Assembly: GCF_001194135.2 (NCBI RefSeq) | Contig: NC_068981.1 | Coordinates: forward strand, 129,537,227-129,601,226 | Direction of reading: 5' to 3' | Origin: Octopus bimaculoides | Taxonomy: Eukaryota | DNA: 64,000 nucleotides | In this document: positions 59,401-64,000 of the stretch, piece after piece | How positions within the stretch are numbered: position 1 is the first letter of the stretch | How the letters are laid out: the number at the start of each line of letters is the position of its first letter | Translations under genes and position numbers: made by a program | Notes under the pieces: model-generated | The model's database searches: none | What the model was told of the DNA's origin: nothing | The model's input: only the letters and a program-made list of their open reading frames with translations

Positions 59401-59754
59401 GAGAAAGGAATACTTGCAAATTTCTATAATATAAAAGTTGTAGTAAGAGTAAGGGTGTGGAAAATTATTGAGGAAATTTTACAGTTTGATATCATAATGG
59501 CAAATCTATTATAATACATTTTGCATCTAGGATGTATTACAGGGATATAAACTGACATCATTACTTGAGTGGTATTTTATTTTAAGGACTTTGGTTAGGA
59601 AAGTTCACTTTGAAGGGACTTGAATTCAGACAGTAAAAGGGCTGCAACTAAATGTTACTTGATAAGTCTTCTGACGCTGAAATGATGCTGCTTCTTTGTC
59701 ATAATTTGATTTAAAAAGTACAGAAAAAATACCACCCTGTCACAAAAAAAGCAA

Positions 59755-59911
59755 ACAGGTGTGGCTGTGTGGTAAGAAGCTTGCTTCCCAACCACATGGT
59801 TCTGGGCTCAATACCAATGCATGGAACCTTGGGCAAGTGTCTTCTACCAAAGCCTTGTGAGTGGATTTGGTAGATGGAAACTGAAAGAAGCCTATTGTAT
59901 GTATGTGTGTA

Positions 59912-59966
<55 letters not shown>

Positions 59967-60185
59967 CATATATCTATGTGTGTGTGTGTCTTTGTACCTG
60001 TGTTTGTCCCCTCACCACCACTCGACAATTGTGTGGTGTGTTTACATCCCTGTAACTTAGCAGTCAGGCAAAAGAGACCAATAGAATAAGTCCAGGGGTC
60101 GATTTGTTTGACTAATAAAAAAAAAAAACCCTTCAAGTGATGCCCCAGCATGGCCACAGTCAAATGACTGAAACAAGTAAAAGAT
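59755..60185 (+). mobile_element. SINE family A, full length. Further partial copies near 1530-1775, 16190-16345, 18280-18495, 31004-31260
   Basis: ggtgtggctgtgtggtaagaagcttgcttcccaaccacatggttc..internal (TG)n(TA)n..cagtcaaatgactgaaacaagtaaaaga. Confidence 0.8.
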
Positions 60186-60719
60186 AACCGATATTTTCAT
60201 TCTTAAAGACAAAATAGATGCACATAAAAATTTCCACAGAATGCACATCAATAACATGCTGAAAGGATAAGCAAATAAACATGAAAGTAGCCAAGTCATT
60301 AGAAAGCATAGGGAAAACATAAAAACCACAGACAATATCAATGTTAAGAGTAGCTATAGTTAAGAAGATTTAGTGATTAATAATAGCTGGCACTAAAAGA
60401 GACAGGTTAATAATGCTGTAAAGAGAATGTAACAAAATATCTTGCCATCATATTCTGACATAATTGGCATTAACTTGCAACCACAAAGCTGGCTATTTTG
60501 GCTCTTAAGGTAACTTTGAACATTTATCAATGAGCATCAGTTTTTGTCTGATGACTTATTTTTGACTTATTCAATTTTTTAGATAATAGGGAATATTAAG
60601 AGGTCTGAATATATATATATACATAAATATATATATATATGGTTGTGGATGTTTTCTTGCATGTGTTGATATGTATAATAGAAAATGTATGTAACACAGG
60701 TTGTAGATTTTCATTAATT

Positions 60720-61030
60720 TATTTAAAATAGAGGCTTTACTCTGTTGCTACTCCAAGTTTCTCAGTTACTTTCACTTCGTAACACACGAGAAGTGCAAAA
60801 ACTTAGAATTACAACGTGAAATCTCAACTTTGGTATCAACTCTGCATTAGATGTTGAGTACTTTTGGAGGCCCAATCTTCCAAATTCTTTTGCAGGGCTT
60901 AGAAAAACCAAAGGACCACTGCAATAAGTGTGTGAACCTGAGAAGGGAATATGTTGAATAAAACCATAATCAACTGATCCACCTCTATTTTCTTTTATCC
61001 AAAGCCAGGAACTTTTCAACACCCTCTCGT
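60720..61030 (+). mobile_element. Mariner-derived non-autonomous relic, one clear TIR
   Basis: Right end aggaacttttcaacaccctctcgt resembles a mariner TIR; left TIR not identified. Confidence 0.45.
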
Positions 61031-61033
61031 GTG

Positions 61034-61068
<35 letters not shown>

Positions 61069-61427
61069 ATACACAAATATATATTCCTTTATTCTTTTAA
61101 TGTAGCCATGCTACCAGTGTATACGTTAGTATGTGTGTTGAAACCTGCAAAAAATTTGAAGAGTTTAAATAAAACTAAGTTAAGAAGTTTGTTCAGTGAG
61201 AACAAAACAAGAACTGAACGTTACATTAACAGTGCAATCAATAGATTAATTAATAGTTAATTGGTAGATATTTAACCAACATACAAATTTTAATCACATA
61301 TAGTAGATGTTTGGGATATAGTTTTTATATAAACCAGTTTCCACTTGTGGAGTATAATCATGTAGTTTAAATCCTCTGTAGTTTGAATGGCGGTATTCAA
61401 TAATTTTAGCTTTACACACACACACAT

Positions 61428-61531
61428 CCATTACAGCAAATCTTACCAATTGGTTTCACACTGGTTATTAAAACTGGATGTTAGATAACAGCACAGTTAC
61501 ATAATACCATGTGTTCATCAGAGCTGTATGG
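61428..61531 (-). ncRNA. Hammerhead ribozyme motif, intact core (left arm of foldback element 2)
   Basis: Minus strand: CCAUACAGCU-CUGAUGA-ACAC..49 nt..GUGU-GAAA-CCAAUUGG-UA-AGAUUUGCUGUAAUGG; all invariant core nucleotides present, bulged helix I, GUA triplet. Confidence 0.7.
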
Positions 61532-61559
61532 AAAAAAAAAAGACACCATATATTTTTTT

Positions 61560-61645
61560 CATAGCTGCTAGCTCTGATGAGCATGCAGTATTAATTGTGC
61601 TGTTATTTAACATCTAGTTTTAATATCTGGTGTGAAACCAATTAA
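61560..61645 (+). ncRNA. Degenerate hammerhead motif (right arm of foldback element 2)
   Basis: CTGATGA 61574-61580, GCAT...GTGT helix II, GAAA 61634-61637, then CCAATT-AA: the GG of helix III and the cleavage triplet are lost. Confidence 0.5.
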
Positions 61646-61749
61646 TATGATCAGCGGTAATATATGATACTGTAGACTTTGATTAATATATCGTCCAACC
61701 CATGCTAGCATGGAAAGCGGACGTTAAACGATGATATATATATATATAT

Positions 61750-63400
61750 ATATACGAGAAGAAAATGGATGTAAATAACAAGGAGAAATTCGTCGTTTTC
61801 GCTGGTATGTCTTTAATTTAATTAACAAAGAAGAAGGTAGCATTTATGATCATTTCAATTTACTAGTTTTAGTAAATATCTTCAGAATGCGAAAAATAAA
61901 TTGATACATCGGTAATGGTAATAAAGTCAAAATTTGTTAGTCTTACATTATATTATGATCTTAAGTTGATTATTCAACTGGGGAGTGGATTTCATTGTAG
62001 TAGATTGCTTAGTTTATGGTTCCGCTGGGTAATTAAAGTGGGGTGTATATTATTTTGGCGTGGAATCCAGAGTTTGACTAAGCACATTTTTTGTGCACGT
62101 GTGTATTAAATTTGTTTTAATCAGCAGTGAGTTTTAGTCACTGGCGGTGTAAGTGAAGGGGGATAACTTAAGGTGAAAAGGGAGCTAACTCAAACTGGAT
62201 TATTTACACTAGGGAGGGTGGTTTAAAATTATATTATGGCTAAAGTTTAGGAAGTTCATAGTAATAAAAAGGGCCCTATGTAGGTGTAAAGTAAATTATT
62301 ATGGAATGTGGAGGGTGAGTGGGGTTGGGGTTGACTGTTTATGTGTAAGTGTATAAGATAGTTCCCAGCTAATTAGACTTAAATAGATGAATATGATAGT
62401 GTGGGATTTGTAGAGGGTCCTACTATTTTACCTATACTTTGAAAAGACAAAGTGGCCTATATGAAGACGAAAATTGTTGTTCTCAAATTTCCTATTGAGG
62501 GAGTTGTTTAGCCGTTAGGATAGCTAGGCATTCTGATAAACAGAGATCACAGTGTCTATTGGTGGTGTTGTACGAGGTTGTTTTTGCAAGTATATGCCAG
62601 TTTAATCTATAATCTATTTTTTTATCTTTAAGTTCCCAAATATATCTACTAAGCCCTGTTGAATTTGCCTTACTCCTATTTATGAAGCTAGATTGGTGTG
62701 CGTTATATCTAAGTATCATTTGGTTTTTAGTGGTGCCTATATATGATTTTATCTGGCTATTTGTGTGCACATCACATTGTTAAACTATGTTGACTTATAT
62801 CTATTTGAGAAATGGCACTTTGTTCTATCCCTGCAGCCACATAAATTATTAGGTATATCTGTGTCCGTGTTATGTTGTGGGGGGTCTATTACTGTTCAGG
62901 TCTATATCTAAGTTAATAGGAGGCGCTATGTGGGCTTAATTCTATTAGTTGGTTGGTTATTATTTTTATTGTTCACAATTTTTCTAGTTTTATAGAATTT
63001 GTCTAGTTTTTTTATTATTTATTGAGGCTATGATTGTAGCTAAGTTATTGGTCAGGTTGTGGCCTACTCTAATTTTATTCCTAACTAATTCTGCATATTT
63101 ATTATTAACGTTTAGGTATTTACCTATGGTTTTCATTAATGAGCGAACTATGTTTGATTTGAAGTGCATGGTGAAGGGGACTACGAGCCAGATTATATCA
63201 CTATTTTGTTTATTTTTTGTATTGTTCTTTCTAGTATAGAGGCTACCCTCCTTGTTTGTGAGTTGTGTGAAGTTATGGTTATGGCTATCTAGCTCATTTC
63301 CATAGTTGAGTTTCATTTTCCTGTTACTTTTATCTGTTTTATTGGTGTTGCTTGCATAGAGTTTATGTGAACTAGAAGGCATGGTTTTCTTATTATTAAC
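61750..63400 (-). mobile_element. Penelope-like retroelement, 3' fragment (linker, GIY-YIG, 3' pLTR)
   Basis: DIIWLVVPFTMHFKSNIV..IRVGHNLTNNLATIIASIN and SYIGTT..LRYNAHQSSF..STGLSRYIWELK..NWHIL..CDLCLSE; hammerhead at 61840-61890. Confidence 0.85.
61840..61890 (-). ncRNA. Minimal type I hammerhead ribozyme motif at the 3' end of a Penelope copy
   Basis: Minus strand reads GCAUU-CUGAAGA-U-AUUUACU-aaaacu-AGUAAAU-U-GAAA-UGAUCA-UA-AAUGC: 5-bp helix I, 7-bp helix II (closing pair U.U mismatched), palindromic helix III, AUA cleavage triplet. Confidence 0.75.
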
Positions 63401-64000
63401 AGGGTTGAACTGTGTAAAATGTTAGAGACAGAAACCTAGCTGTTTCTTGCAATAAAAGCATCCAAAATAACACTTTTTCATGGACCCTTAAAATACTATT
63501 GTGGATCTCCAGTTTAATATTTTGCTTGTGTGGATCCCAGTTGAAAACCACTGATATAACTGATGTTATTAATGGGAACTGAAACAAACTCCATTTACAA
63601 ATCTAGTTCACAATACTTCTCAGTTAAATTTAGATCATTTCCTATTGTAATTTAAAAGTCTCATGAACTAATGGTGGGAAGGGTGTCACTAAAACTGATG
63701 TTAGTGTAAACTGACCAGTATGACATACTATGTCAAAATAATGTTTAACCTCATATAACAGTTAGTGATAATATTACTCTAATATTTTCGAATTGCTGTC
63801 AAAAGTTTTTCATCTACCATAACATTATAAAACAAGTTATTCATTTTTAATCATCAGCAGAATAATGTGAGTGAGCTTCATTAACTGATACAATTCAGTG
63901 GAATTCTGCTTTAAGCATGCCATATAACTCTACATAAAATTTTTTTTTTTTTTCTTTTGAAAATGTTTGCAAATTTGTTTTCTACAGATGAGATTTCACC

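Noticed and set aside
59659-59702. Possible EEA1 first exon MTKKQHHFSVRRLIK|gtaaca
   Set aside because: Ends in phase 2 with no compatible bridging exon to phase-0 e1; similarity too weak.
61765-64000. Apparent plus-strand gene start: MDVNNKEKFVVFA|gtatgt at 61765-61804, joining in phase to the acceptor ttctacag|ATGAGATTTCACC at 63988
   Set aside because: The first exon lies in the 3' pLTR of the Penelope copy, next to its hammerhead; only 13 nt of the second exon are visible.

Overview
AT-rich, repeat-dense animal genomic DNA, probably an octopus or other coleoid cephalopod (inferred from the SINE/RTE/Penelope repeat landscape, not proven). One host gene spans most of the window on the minus strand: early endosome antigen 1 (EEA1). 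I reconstructed 26 GT-AG exons by hand (53865 down to 2195; 2934 nt, 978 codons, all phases consistent). The 5' start exon(s) were not found, and the C-terminal FYVE domain lies beyond the left edge. This EEA1 has two tandem N-terminal C2H2 zinc-finger exons (vertebrate EEA1 has one) and an apparently duplicated 168-nt coiled-coil exon pair. The introns contain RTE, Hero-like and Penelope retroelement relics, tRNA-derived SINEs, mariner, Tc1-like and piggyBac-like MITEs, a Merlin transposon with TIRs and TSD, a TG...CA solo LTR, microsatellites and three N gaps. The most striking non-coding signal is a set of minimal hammerhead-ribozyme motifs with palindromic helix III. Two sit at the 3' ends of Penelope copies. 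Two ~200-bp foldback elements each carry a hammerhead core on both strands, with the intact core on the EEA1-sense strand. Comparisons with human EEA1 are from memory; no database search or folding program was run.
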